This document shows positions 30,498-44,372 of a DNA stretch of 64,000 bases, one piece after another. The DNA comes from the human T2T-CHM13v2.0 reference genome, Homo sapiens: the NCBI RefSeq assembly GCF_009914755.1, contig NC_060931.1; one strand, written 5' to 3'. Each line of letters starts with the position of its first letter. Positions within the stretch are counted from its first letter, which is position 1. A program made the translations under genes and the position numbers. Under the pieces are notes generated by a model, which was given only the letters and a program-made list of their open reading frames with translations, was not told the DNA's origin and ran no database searches.

Positions 30498-32727
30498 TCA
30501 AAAAAAAAAAAAAAAGAAAAAAAACAGGTTCTTATTCATGGGAATTTCAGGTCAGGTTAAACAACAACCTCCTAACAGGTAAGAGAGGGTAGCAATCCTG
30601 AGTCAACTTTTCAACTGAATTAAAACATTTCAGTGCCTATTGAGTCCCAGAGACCAATAATATCAAAAATTTTATCAGATCTCTTGGACAATAAATTATT
30701 AAGAATTGCTGTCATAAAAATTACAAATTTGCATTATCTCAAAAAGCATGAATAATAGTGCTGTCTCTCAACTATAAACTTGTTTTATTAAATGGTATAT
30801 ATTGTAATGCAGTACAGTTTTCTATCACTTATTTCAAATTCACAGCTATGAAAAGGAGAAATTTTGTTGGGGGAAGGGCGTTACAAATACAGAGTAGCAA
30901 CCTAGCCATTTTTGCTGGTCCTTGTAATGACAATCACTGGTTGTGCCTAATTTTTCTACAACAATAATGCTTAAGGTGGCTCTCTAATAATAGCAATTGC
31001 CCTCTGAAAAGAAAGTGGTTCAGGGTATAAAGAGTTTACTCAAAAAAGGCCAAGGATAGTGCTTCAGAAATCCTATACCTACCACCTGCTGCTTCTGTAC
31101 AACCACCCCCATCCCCCACACCCACACCCATTTCTAACATCAACTTTCATGAACTGGTAAGAAACATAGTAGAGTAGAATGTTTCTTTGGCTTCCCAACT
31201 TGGTAATGTGAATTTACAGTGTAAGGATGGAAAAAATAAGAAAAAAGCTTCAGAAAAATTTTTTAACATTAACACAAAAATAATGAGATCTTTAATATGT
31301 GCATATTCTGACAGAGGCCTGCCAATGGTTAAGACCTGTGCCTCTGATAAAGATGATGAACTACTCCAAATTATCAAATAATTTGATACTTTTTACAGTT
31401 AAGGAAAACTTTCAAATGAATGTAAATTTCACTGTGCCACTTGACATTTGTACAATAGGAAACCTCTATGTATTTACTTTTCCAACTCTAAGATTAATAG
31501 CTTCAGTTCAAGTTTCTTGATTTTAGGTAGTAAAATTTTAAGATATTTATAGTTAATGTAAAAGCAGTAACTATATAGCTATGCTTTTTATTCATGACAA
31601 AATACACAAAAACAATCTAGCTAACACTATAAGACAAGAAAATGCTTTATTTACCTAATTATTAAAAATTTAAACTTGAGGAAAGTGTAATTGGTGGTGC
31701 ATGTTTTTTTAAGCCAAAGATAAATACATAAATCCACTTCATTGTCAAAAGGCATCTTCTCAGCGGGGTGCGGTGGCTCACGCCTGTAATCCTGGCACTT
31801 TGGGAGGCTGAGGAGAGTGGATTACCTGAGGTCGGGGGTTCAAGACCAGCCTGGCCAACATGGTGAAACCCTGTGTCTACTAAAAATACAAAAAATTAGC
31901 TAGGTGCGATGGCGCACACCTGTAATCCCAGCTACTCTGGAGGCTGAGGAAGGAGAATCGCTTGAATACACGAGGCAGAGGTTGCGGTGAGCCGAGATCA
32001 TACCACTGCACTACAGCCTGGGCTACAGAGCAAGACTTCGTCCAGAAAAAAAAAAAAAAGGCATCTTCTCTACTTAATGTAACTCACTAAGTTAATGAAC
32101 ATCTAAGTAACATTAGCAACTTAAAATATCTCTATGAGATTTAGCAAAGAAGATTAATTTTCATTTCTCAGGTGAATTATTTGCAATTTCACATAATTTC
32201 ACTGGTTACAAACCTAATTTACACTGGTTACACATAAGTTTCACTTTCAGGGTCTTTACTGTCCAACTACAGGGTCTTTTCTGCATGGATTCTTATACAG
32301 TATAGAGATACACAATTCAAAAACCTCTTTGCTTTCCAATTCATATGTTAGTTTCCATTTACATGTTGCTAAAAACAACTGGAGATTCCATTCCCTTCAA
32401 AAGACACAATTTCAAAAAAAACGCTCTAAAAAGTTTAGACCCGTCAAATTTACCAGTAGACTTTAATTTCCTATAAAGAAAGCAGTACTAGTTTTCAAAT
32501 CTAAAAGAAAAAGCTCTCTACAGACTTACATTTGTTCTAAATATTTCCAAAAGTTTTGATTTTTCATAGTTAGATTATACTGTTATTCAGCAGAAATTTT
32601 TTATCTTCTCCAAAGGCTGCCTATTTCTTCATGAGATTCAGAATTAAAATAATAAAGTGGCAATACCCTAATCGTCCAGTGCACTCAGGAGCTGCACTAA
32701 TACAAATGAGCTCATTTCAAAAGTAGG

Positions 32728-32778
32728 GTGTGTGCGAGTGTGCGCGTGCGTGTGAGTGTGCGCGTGTGCGCGTGCACA
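32728..32778. repeat. Alternating purine-pyrimidine (TG/CG)n tract with Z-DNA potential
   Basis: gtgtgtgcgagtgtgcgcgtgcgtgtgagtgtgcgcgtgtgcgcgtgcaca. Confidence 0.8.
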
Positions 32779-34522
32779 AGCACGCCCTTACAGGAGTATG
32801 GGGTGTGGGGTGTGACAACATAGATCTAATCTTTCTGGAGTAAGAATTCAAATGCAAATTTAAAACAATACTTGCAAATTAATGTTCAGTAAGAGATGAA
32901 GAAATGCTTTGCAAATAGTGAAATGGGAGGCAATCAAGGTAAAACCCCAATATGGCTTGTCCTGAGTTGCTTTAAAGGATGCAAAAAAAAGTGGCTTACA
33001 TGTCTAAAAATTACTTAAACCTCCACTTCCTTCTACAAATTTCAGTTAATACAGAATAAGGGCATTTTATACTTGCCACTGTATTACAACGCAAGTGGCA
33101 TAATAAATAAGTCCTAACTTTGTATCACGAACAAGCTAATGTAATAATGTACACACATCCTGTACTTGCTTCCCTCACGATTATCATAGCTAGGTAACAG
33201 CTGGCAATAAAATATGGAGGCAAGTTGAAGGCCCTGAATCATTTTCATAGTAAAAGGACAGCGGGGCAAGAAAAGAGCACATTCAAGTCAAGAGCTCAAT
33301 GGGTTCCCACAACCCAGCTCTGCTATGCCTCAGTTCACGCTACTATTTTTACTACAAATCACCAAACAACAATACTATTACTAAGTGAATGCACCCGAAC
33401 CAAAGAAACAGCCTATCCATAAACGTGCTGGCTTCCTTCACGTCCCAGCGCACCCTTCCACTCCCGACAGTTCAATGAGAATATCATCTCACGAAATGAG
33501 TAAGCACACACGCCATTCTACAACTTCGAGAGACATTCACAGTTCTTCCACGGCACACGCGAGAGCCACAGAAGCCGAGCAGTTCGCTGGCACTAAAACG
33601 GTGTCTTAATTTACAAGCAAAGCCGTCAAATAACCGTTCTGTAAGAAGACATTTCTGGTCCTCTAATAAGCTGGGGTCCAGCCCTACTGTACGCTCAAAG
33701 GCAGGCGACCCTATTCCCAAGCCCCTTACAGCTAAGACTTACGAGGGAAGCGACATTTACATCTGCACTCTCTCCGAATAAGTGCTCTTGGTATTCTGCC
33801 TTACGAGGGGACGCTGGCTACGTCTCCAAAACTTAGGCAGGCCGTTCCCCGAAGCTGGGGGATCCCACAGGACTTGTGCTTTCGGAGCCCGGGAGTGCGG
33901 TGCTGGGTGTTGGGGGAGGGGGGAGGAAGAAGTCAAATGGCTTCCTAATATATCATCAAAAGAAGAAAACACAGGTTTGGGACCAGGAAAAGTTCCAGGA
34001 GCAAGTCGCTGACAAACAAAAGCTGCACTCGCCCGGCCGCTTTCTTCTCGCCCCCAGCCCGCGCCCCGAGACCACCTGGCCCGGGCGTTTTGACAGCTCC
34101 GAGAGTTTCCCGAGCGCCGACGGCTCGGCGGTTCGCCCGGAGTCCGTCCGGGGACTACCTGGGCGCGCTCCGGGCTTGTTTTCTCAATGATCCAGCTAGG
34201 CCAAGACGCGGCTACGAGAAATTTCTCCAAAAGAAGAGTCGCGGAGAAGACCCAGTGAAAAGGCCCGACTGAAAAGTAAAGTGTGCGGAGCCGGGCGCCG
34301 GCGGGAGCCCGGGCGGGCGGCGCGGAGCGGGGGAGGCCGGGCGCGGGCGGCTACCGAGGGGCGCGGGGCCGGGGCCGGGAGCCGCCACCGCCCGCGGGCC
34401 CGCCCCGCCCCCACCCCGCCGGGGGGCGCCGGGGCGCGGAGGCCGCGGGGCGGGCGCCCGGTGACAGCTCCGGCCCGGCGCCGCCGCTGGCTCCCGGCCT
34501 GGCTCCCTCGCACTCAACTTAC

Positions 34523-34683
34523 TTCTTTCTGGCTCTCTGGAAAGGGGAAGCGCCATCTTTGCGAGGCCGGCCCCGAGGTCTTTTGTCTGCGGCTGCGGGG
34601 CTCGGGGCCGGGGCTCCAGGCTCCTCGGGGGGTGGTGGCGGCGGCTGCGGCTGCTCCACGCTCTTGTCCTCCTCCGACGACAT
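34523..34683 (-). CDS. KMT2C: Histone-lysine N-methyltransferase 2C (MLL3), coding exon 1 (161 nt, ends in phase 2)
   Basis: Translates to MSSEEDKSVEQPQPPPPPPEEPGAPAPSPAAADKRPRGRPRKDGASPFQRARK(K), the KMT2C N-terminus with AT-hook RPRGRPRK. ATG at 34683, GTAAGT donor after 34523. Confidence 0.97.
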
Positions 34684-34900
34684 CCTAGTCACCAGGAAAG
34701 ACACATGGATCCCGGTCCTCCTCCTGGGGGGCTCCCGCCGCCGCGGCCGCCGCCGCCGCCGCTGCTGCTCGGGTTCCTCCTCCCCGGCTCAGCCTCTCGC
34801 ATTTCCCGCAGCCCCGGGAGCAGCAGCAGGTACCGGGAGAGGCGGCAACATGGAGCGAGCAGGACACGCACTCACACACATCGGCGCGGGCGCGCGCACC
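34684..34900 (-). other. KMT2C: KMT2C 5' UTR (upstream limit approximate), with four upstream ATGs and a GGC tract
   Basis: Minus-strand ATGs at 34881, 34851, 34802 and 34706. The TSS is inferred from the adjacent GC-box cluster and cannot be read exactly from the sequence. Confidence 0.7.
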
Positions 34901-37900
34901 TCCGCGCGCAGGGGCCGGGCGGGGGGCGGCGGGCGGGGCGGGCGGTGCGGGGCGGGCGGGGCCGGCGGGTGCGGGCGGGCGGGGCAGCCGGGCGGGCGGG
35001 CGGCGTGAGGGGCGCCGGCCCCCGGGGTCTCCGCCCGCGGCCCCTCCCCCGAGCCGCCCGCGGCAGGAGGAGAAAGGGGCCCGGCGCGGGGAGGGCCGGC
35101 CGCGGGGCCCGGCGGGGGCGGCGAGGGGGTCGCGCCCCCGGCCGGCCGCCCCTCCCCCGCGCGTCAGGCCCGTCAGGCCCGGGCGGCGGCGGCGGCGAAG
35201 TTTTGACAGCTGCTCCAGTGGCGGCGCTGGGCGCCGGGCCGCGGCTCGCTCCTCACACTCGCTCTCTCACACACGCTCGCTCGCTCTCCCGGAGCAGGGG
35301 AGGAGGAAGTTTTGCGGGTGTGCTTGGACCCCACACACACGCCGCGCGACCGTGGCCGTCGCGCGAGGCCCGCGCCGGGGATCCCCCGGGGCGACCCGCA
35401 CCACAGACCTCTCCAACTCGCAGCCGTCGCGCCCACACACCGCCGCCTCGACGGCCCCCGCCCGCTCCCCCACACTCGGCCCCTCGCCCGCCCCCCGCGC
35501 GCCGCCGCTGCCACTCACGGGCCTCGCTCCGCGCATGCGCCGCTCCCGCCGCCCGCGGACGCGCCGCCGCCGCTGACCTCACCGCCCCTCCCCCTCCCCC
35601 CCGGGTTCCCTCCCCCTGTGACGCGGCGGCCGGGCCCAGCCGCGACTCCGGCTCCGGCTCCGGCTCCGGCTCGGGAGGTAGCCAAGCTGTGGACCCAGAG
35701 ATCCGGGATCGGGATCGGGGAACTGCGGGCGAGGGCGGGAGGGAGCCGCGGACACACGCCGAGGCGGCCGCGGTCGCCCGGCGCAGCCCGGCGCGAGGAG
35801 CAAATGTGCGCCCGCACGGCGAGGGCAGCCCGGGCTTCGCTGGTTCTCGCCGAGGTCTTTCCTCGTAGCGCCCACACTACGGGGAGGAAAAGGAATGGAG
35901 TCAACTTCGTTCGAATCCAACGCCAGTTAGTTTCCTTATTATAACGTCATTTTTTTTAATCCAGAAAAGGTTCATAAGGATGTAAGACGAAAAGAACGAT
36001 GACAGCTCGAGAAATAAAACGGTTAGAGACAAAATAAGCCAATAAAAACCCAACCACTTGATTTTAACGTTCAGTGTGTTGTGATGAAGAGGCAAAAATC
36101 GAAGTACTTCTAAGCCACCTCTCATAATATGTAAAAATGGTAAAAAGAAAAATGGGGCTAGAATCCGCCTGAAAAATGCACTTTCTCAAGAAGGACAGTT
36201 ACAAATATGGGATTCTGGATTTCTCAGGCTAATACCTAACACTTGGACGATGATCTATTCTGTGCTTTCCATTCACTATCGATTAGTTTATGAGAGTGAA
36301 AAAATTCTAGATTTGAATGGGGGGAAATAGTAAGACCTATCAACCATTTGTGAAGGATTGGGGTAAACTATCATTTAATAAGCATCTACTTTGGGCCTAG
36401 CGTTAAGAGGCACACTCTCATGTTGATTTCTTTTGATCTTCGCAGTGTAGTTTTAGTGTAAGGTAAAAAAAAATAGGCTCCTTTTCCAGCGATGTTTGCT
36501 TTCCCTTCTAGTAGCTAGGATGTTAACTTTAAACTGTGTCTTCTACTTGGGCAAAATACACACACTTTGATTCCCAGAGCCTATTCTAAATGAAAGCATA
36601 ATTTTTTGAAATGGCTGAAATGAGGAATAACGTCAGATAGTCATTTGAATACCTTCAGGGTTTAATCCCTGCTGGCTCTTTCAAATTTACTAAATTTATA
36701 ACCAAAGGAAATTTGGGATTGAGGAGGAGGCTGGCATGGTAAATGCAAACTAGAAATTAAAAGTGCCTGACGATTACACATAGAAATACAACATATATGT
36801 GACTAGTGATAAACATATGATGTGATCTAGTGAAAGTTTACTCAGTACAAATTTGAAAGCACCCTTTCTTTTTTCATTTTCTTCAGCACATTGTACTTTA
36901 AATAAAGTGTGCTTTCAAAACTGGATTATTGATCCAAATATTTAGCTGTGTTCCGTACTGAAATTAGAATAGGCACTTCCACGGTGAGTTTCACATGTAC
37001 AAAATTATACATCAGGATAATTTACTTCCATACGCTTCTCCAGCACTTCTGAGAACTTAAGTGTCAGTGGATACAAATTGCAAGTCACTCCTGCTGGAGA
37101 GTTCACAAGAAACAAAGGGTACTAAGAGCAGAAAAGTGAGCCGAGTGAATGGAAGGGTAGAAACAGAGGTTTGTGCAGGGATGCTTCTGGATAGATGATG
37201 ATGCAGGTAAGTAAACTCAGCCTGAAATCTCCATTCCTTTGGCCACTATGAGCAGGGAGTTGGGATCTGTTTTAAGAGAGCTGATAGCAGTCTCCTTGGC
37301 ATGAAGTTATCATGAACAGAGCAAATCAAATATAACCCAGGATGCTGAGGAAGGATTCAAGGAATACTTATTCAACATAAATAAAGGTTTTCCAGAGGTT
37401 TTTCCGTCTCAGTCATCCAAATTACACAGCTCTGAGACCACAGTAGCAAAAATCTAGGAGGCAGGGAGCTGAGGTCCTTCAAAATTATGAAAGCAAAAAG
37501 GCAGGAGCATCTGGAAACAGTACCAAATACAACAGAAAAATATTAGAATGTGTACTTTCTAATAAGTATACATGTTAAATATGGGATTTTAAATTTAGGT
37601 AGATGTGTACTAACCTGTTAACCAATCATCTGCAAAGGGGTGAATTACAAGGGACTTTTACTGTCTAAAATATTTGAATATTTCAAAGCACATGTAGTAA
37701 TCATCTAATCATATATATATATATATATGTAGTTTTTAATGGGGAGGGAATGAGCATTGTTATCTTTGACAAAGAAAAACCAACATCTCAGAAAAATATA
37801 GGCAAGGAAGATTCTCAAAGCATCTAGCAAACAAGTGACAGTGAATAAAAATTCATAGTCCAATATTCATTCTTACTAATTGAAGGCCTATAACATGTGA

Positions 37901-38065
37901 TTGTCTTTATTTAGAATGCACAGGTTCACTACTAAATGTTGTCTCTCTTGTTTTCCCATAAATTCCTCAGGGCTTTTTAGGAACCAAACTTTCACTGTTA
38001 TAGAAGGACCACTGAAAGCTTAAATTTTAGATCTTAGAATTTTTGTGTTCATATTGTTATTATTA

Positions 38066-41093
<3,028 letters not shown>

Positions 41094-41376
41094 TAAAAAA
41101 AGAAACTGTATCTTTAGAGAAAATGTATACATGCATACTTTGCTACATTTTTGTTGATTGTTACATTTTACATTTGTATAACAATACAGGCAAGTCATCT
41201 TTGCACTCATAACCACATCTTTTATGGAACATCAAGCCTACTCTGAGGTACAGGCTTTCAGAAGCCTGAATTTGGAGGACCATGCCTGAACCAAATGGAG
41301 TCTCCAGAATCAAAACTGCTCAAAATAATCATTCATGGTTCTCAGACCAAATAAGATCTACTTAGAAACATTTCTC

Positions 41377-42077
41377 GACAGCACGCTGCCATGCCGACGC
41401 AGACCCCACTCTGCACGCCAGCCCCCCTGCACCCACCATGGCCACAGTTCAGCAGCTAGAAGGAAGATGGCGCCTGGTGGACAACAAAGGCTTTGATGAA
41501 TACATGAAGGAGCTAGGAGTGGGAATAGCTTTGTGAAAAATGGGCGCAATGGCCAAGCCAGATTGTATCATCACTTGTGATAGCAAAAACCTCACCATAA
41601 AAACTGAGAGCACTTTGAAAACAACACAGTTTTCTGGTACCCTGGGAGAGAAGTTTGAAGAAAACACAGCTGATGGCAGAAGAACTCAGACTGTTTGCAA
41701 CTTTACAGATGGTGCATTGGTTCAGCATCAGGAGTGGGATGGGAAGGAAAGCACAATAACAAGAAAACTGAAAGATGGGAAATTAGTGGTGGAGCGTGTC
41801 ATGAACCATGTCGCCTGTACTCGGATCTATGAAAAAGCACAATAAAGATTCCATCATCACTTTGGACAGGAGTTAACCAAGAGAATGACCAAGCTCAGTT
41901 CAATGAACAAATCTCCATACTGTTTCTTTCTTTTTTTTTTCATTACTGTGTTCAATTATCTTTATCACAAACATTTTACATGCAGCTATTTCAAAGTGTG
42001 TTGGATTCATTAGGATCATCCCTTTGGTTAATAAATAAATGAGTTTCTGCTAAAAAAAAAAAAAAAAAAAAAGAAAA
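41377..42077 (+). pseudogene. FABP5P3: FABP5 processed pseudogene 3
   Basis: Intronless FABP5 copy. ATG at 41438 gives MATVQQLEGRWRLVDNKGFDEYMKELGVGIAL, then a premature TGA at 41534-41536 (R33X), then KMGAMAKPDCIITCD...TRIYEKAQ* ending 41845. AATAAA at about 42030, poly(A) from 42052, TSD agaaacatttctc. P3 identity is taken from its position next to KMT2C. Confidence 0.93.
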
Positions 42078-42091
42078 AGAAACATTTCTCA

Positions 42092-43882
42092 GGCCGGGCA
42101 CGATGGCTCACAGACCAGGCACAGTGGCACACACCTGTAATCCCAGCACTTTTGGGAGGCCGAGGCGGGTGGATCCCCTGAGGTCGGGAGTTTGAGACCA
42201 GCCCGACTAACATGGAGAAACCCTGTCTCTACTAAAAATACAAAATTAGCCGGGCATGGTGGCACATGGCTACTCCGTCCCAGCTACTCAGGAGGCTGAA
42301 GCAAGAGAATTGCTTGAGGCAGAGGCTGCGGTGAGCCGAGGGTGAGCCAAGATCGCCCCATTGTACTCCAGCCTGGGTGACAAGAGCGAAACTCCGAAAC
42401 TCCATGTCCAAACAAAAAAAGAAACATTTCTCTGAGCCAAGATAATGTTGAGAAGGAAATGATTACAGAATAGCATATATGTATCATAATCTTATGTAAC
42501 ATGGTGTAAATCTATAATTATGTATGCATACAATATGTGCAAAGTAGTAATGTTCATCAAGTTGTAAACAACGGTTATCTCTGAACTAGGATTCCAAATG
42601 ACCTTTCCCCTTTTTTTTTTGAGACAAGTCTCACTCTGTTGCCCCGGCTAGAATGCAGTGGTGCAATCATGGCTCACTGAAGCCTCAACCTCCTGAGCTT
42701 AAGCAGTCCTCCCGCCTCAGCCTCCCAAAGTGCAGGGATTACACGCATGAGCCACCACACCCAGACTAAATATGTGTTAAACTAAAGCAGAAGCATCATT
42801 ACCCGAGTAGGCTCTATAGGAAGAAAGAGGAGACGAGTGAGGAAAGGAGAGAGAATGAAAAAAAGAGACTTAAATTGTAAGCATTGAAGGTTAGGATGGG
42901 AAGGCGATTCGCATTTAAACCTCAGGGCCCCATTTAGGCTTCTACCTCCCTGACCGCTGGGAGGCTGGTTGCTTTTCACCCCTCTGGGTTCACTTCTATT
43001 TGTCTGTGAGCTGTCAGCATCCTTCCCCGCTTGTCTTGCCCTGCCTCTGCCAGGGAGGCAGAGTTGGGAGTCGTGGCACAGGCATGCACGCTGTGCAGCC
43101 TCCCACACCTGCACCCTGAAAGACCAACAGACACCCTAAGAAACCTGATACACAAGCACAAACTGATAAGATACCCAAAAAGGCAAAGGCAGACAGATAG
43201 CAAAACATGGCTAATATTACACAGTACTGCAAGAGAAAGTAACACCAAAACAAAACAAAACACAGACATCGTCTCTCAGTTCCTTCTCAAAAAAAAAAAA
43301 AAGGCCAGGTATAGTGGCTCACACCTGTAATCCCAGCATTTTTGGAGGCCGAGGTGGGCAGATCACTTGAGGCCAGGAGTTCGAGACCGGCCTGGCCAAC
43401 TATGGCCAACATGGTGAAACCCCCCATCTCTACTAAAAATACAAAAAATTAGCCGGGCATGGTGGCTGGCACCTGTAATCCCAGCTACTGGGAGGCTGAG
43501 GCAGGAGAATTGCTTCAACCTGGGAGGCGGAGGTTGCAGTGAGCTAAGATTGTACCACTGCACTCCAGCCTGGGCAACAGAGTGCAACTCTGTCTCAAAA
43601 AAAAAAAAAAAAAAAAAAAAGCGTGGGTGTGGTGGTGGCTCACACCTGTAGTCCTAGCACTTCGGGAGGCCAAGGTGGAAGGCTCTCTTGAGGCTAGGAA
43701 TTTGAGACCTGCCTGGACAACATACAGAAACCCTGTCTCTATAAAAAATAAAAAAACTAGCTAGGTGTGGTGGTGTGCGCCTATAGTCCCAGGTACTTGG
43801 GAGGCTGAACAGGAAGACTGCTTGAGACCAGGGAGTTGGGCCTGCAGTGAACCATGGTCATGCCCCTGCACTCCAGACAGGG
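42092..43882. mobile_element. Alu elements: 42092-42420+, 42611-42766-, 43302-43620+, 43621-43882+
   Basis: Alu consensus text. Confidence 0.9.
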
Positions 43883-44372
43883 TGAAGTGGGTAGTTTTTC
43901 ACTTGATCTCCTCCTTATTGTATCTAACGTTTAAACAAGTCTCAGACCTGGTGCAGAGGTGCATGTACCTCCATTGCTGGACAAGGCCTGACTTTTGCCT
44001 GCTGGTAGGGCCTCCTCAGTTCTAACCAGACTTCTGCGACCTCATTCTCTATCCTGGTTCCATTTTCCACTTTGTGACTTCATCAGTTAAAGATCCCATT
44101 TCAGCCACCAAGGTTGAGAGGCCCCAAGACCCAGTTCCTTTACAGAATCAACCCTGGGGTGGCTTTAGGACTGGGCTCTTTGGAGCTCATCCTTGGACCC
44201 ACAGTGGAGCGCTGGTCTGTGCTAACATCTTCAGATACCAATCAATGGGCATTTGGCTCCTTGCTTCCACTGACCTCTTGAGTACTTTCAACGATCGGTG
44301 TCAAGGGTGCCCCTGCTGCTGTTTCTAGAGCATCTCTGCAACCCACGGTGGCCTCTCCTCTTTCTGCGGGCC

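Larger units (their letters stand above)
33800..35930. promoter_or_regulatory. KMT2C: CpG island / TATA-less promoter of KMT2C
   Basis: Very high GC and CpG density around exon 1. GGGCGG cluster at 34915-35002. NRF1-type palindrome GCGCATGCGC at 35531-35540. Confidence 0.93.

Noticed and set aside
34684-34704. MSFLVTR extension of KMT2C in the ORF track
   Set aside because: GTG start in a poor context. The recognised protein begins at MSSEED.
34196-35944. Long Arg/Gly/Pro/Ala-rich ORFs (241, 387, 210 aa and others) over the KMT2C island
   Set aside because: Stop codons are scarce in very GC-rich DNA. The ORFs have no recognisable domains and overlap in all frames.
37090-37450. Possible ancient LTR/MLT fragment upstream of KMT2C
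   Set aside because: Resemblance is too weak to call without an HMM search.
44298-44372. 25-codon N-terminal extension of the CCT8-like ORF from a GTG
   Set aside because: Produced by the ORF caller allowing GTG/TTG starts. The ATG at 44373 has an optimal Kozak and matches the known MDSTVPS N-terminus.
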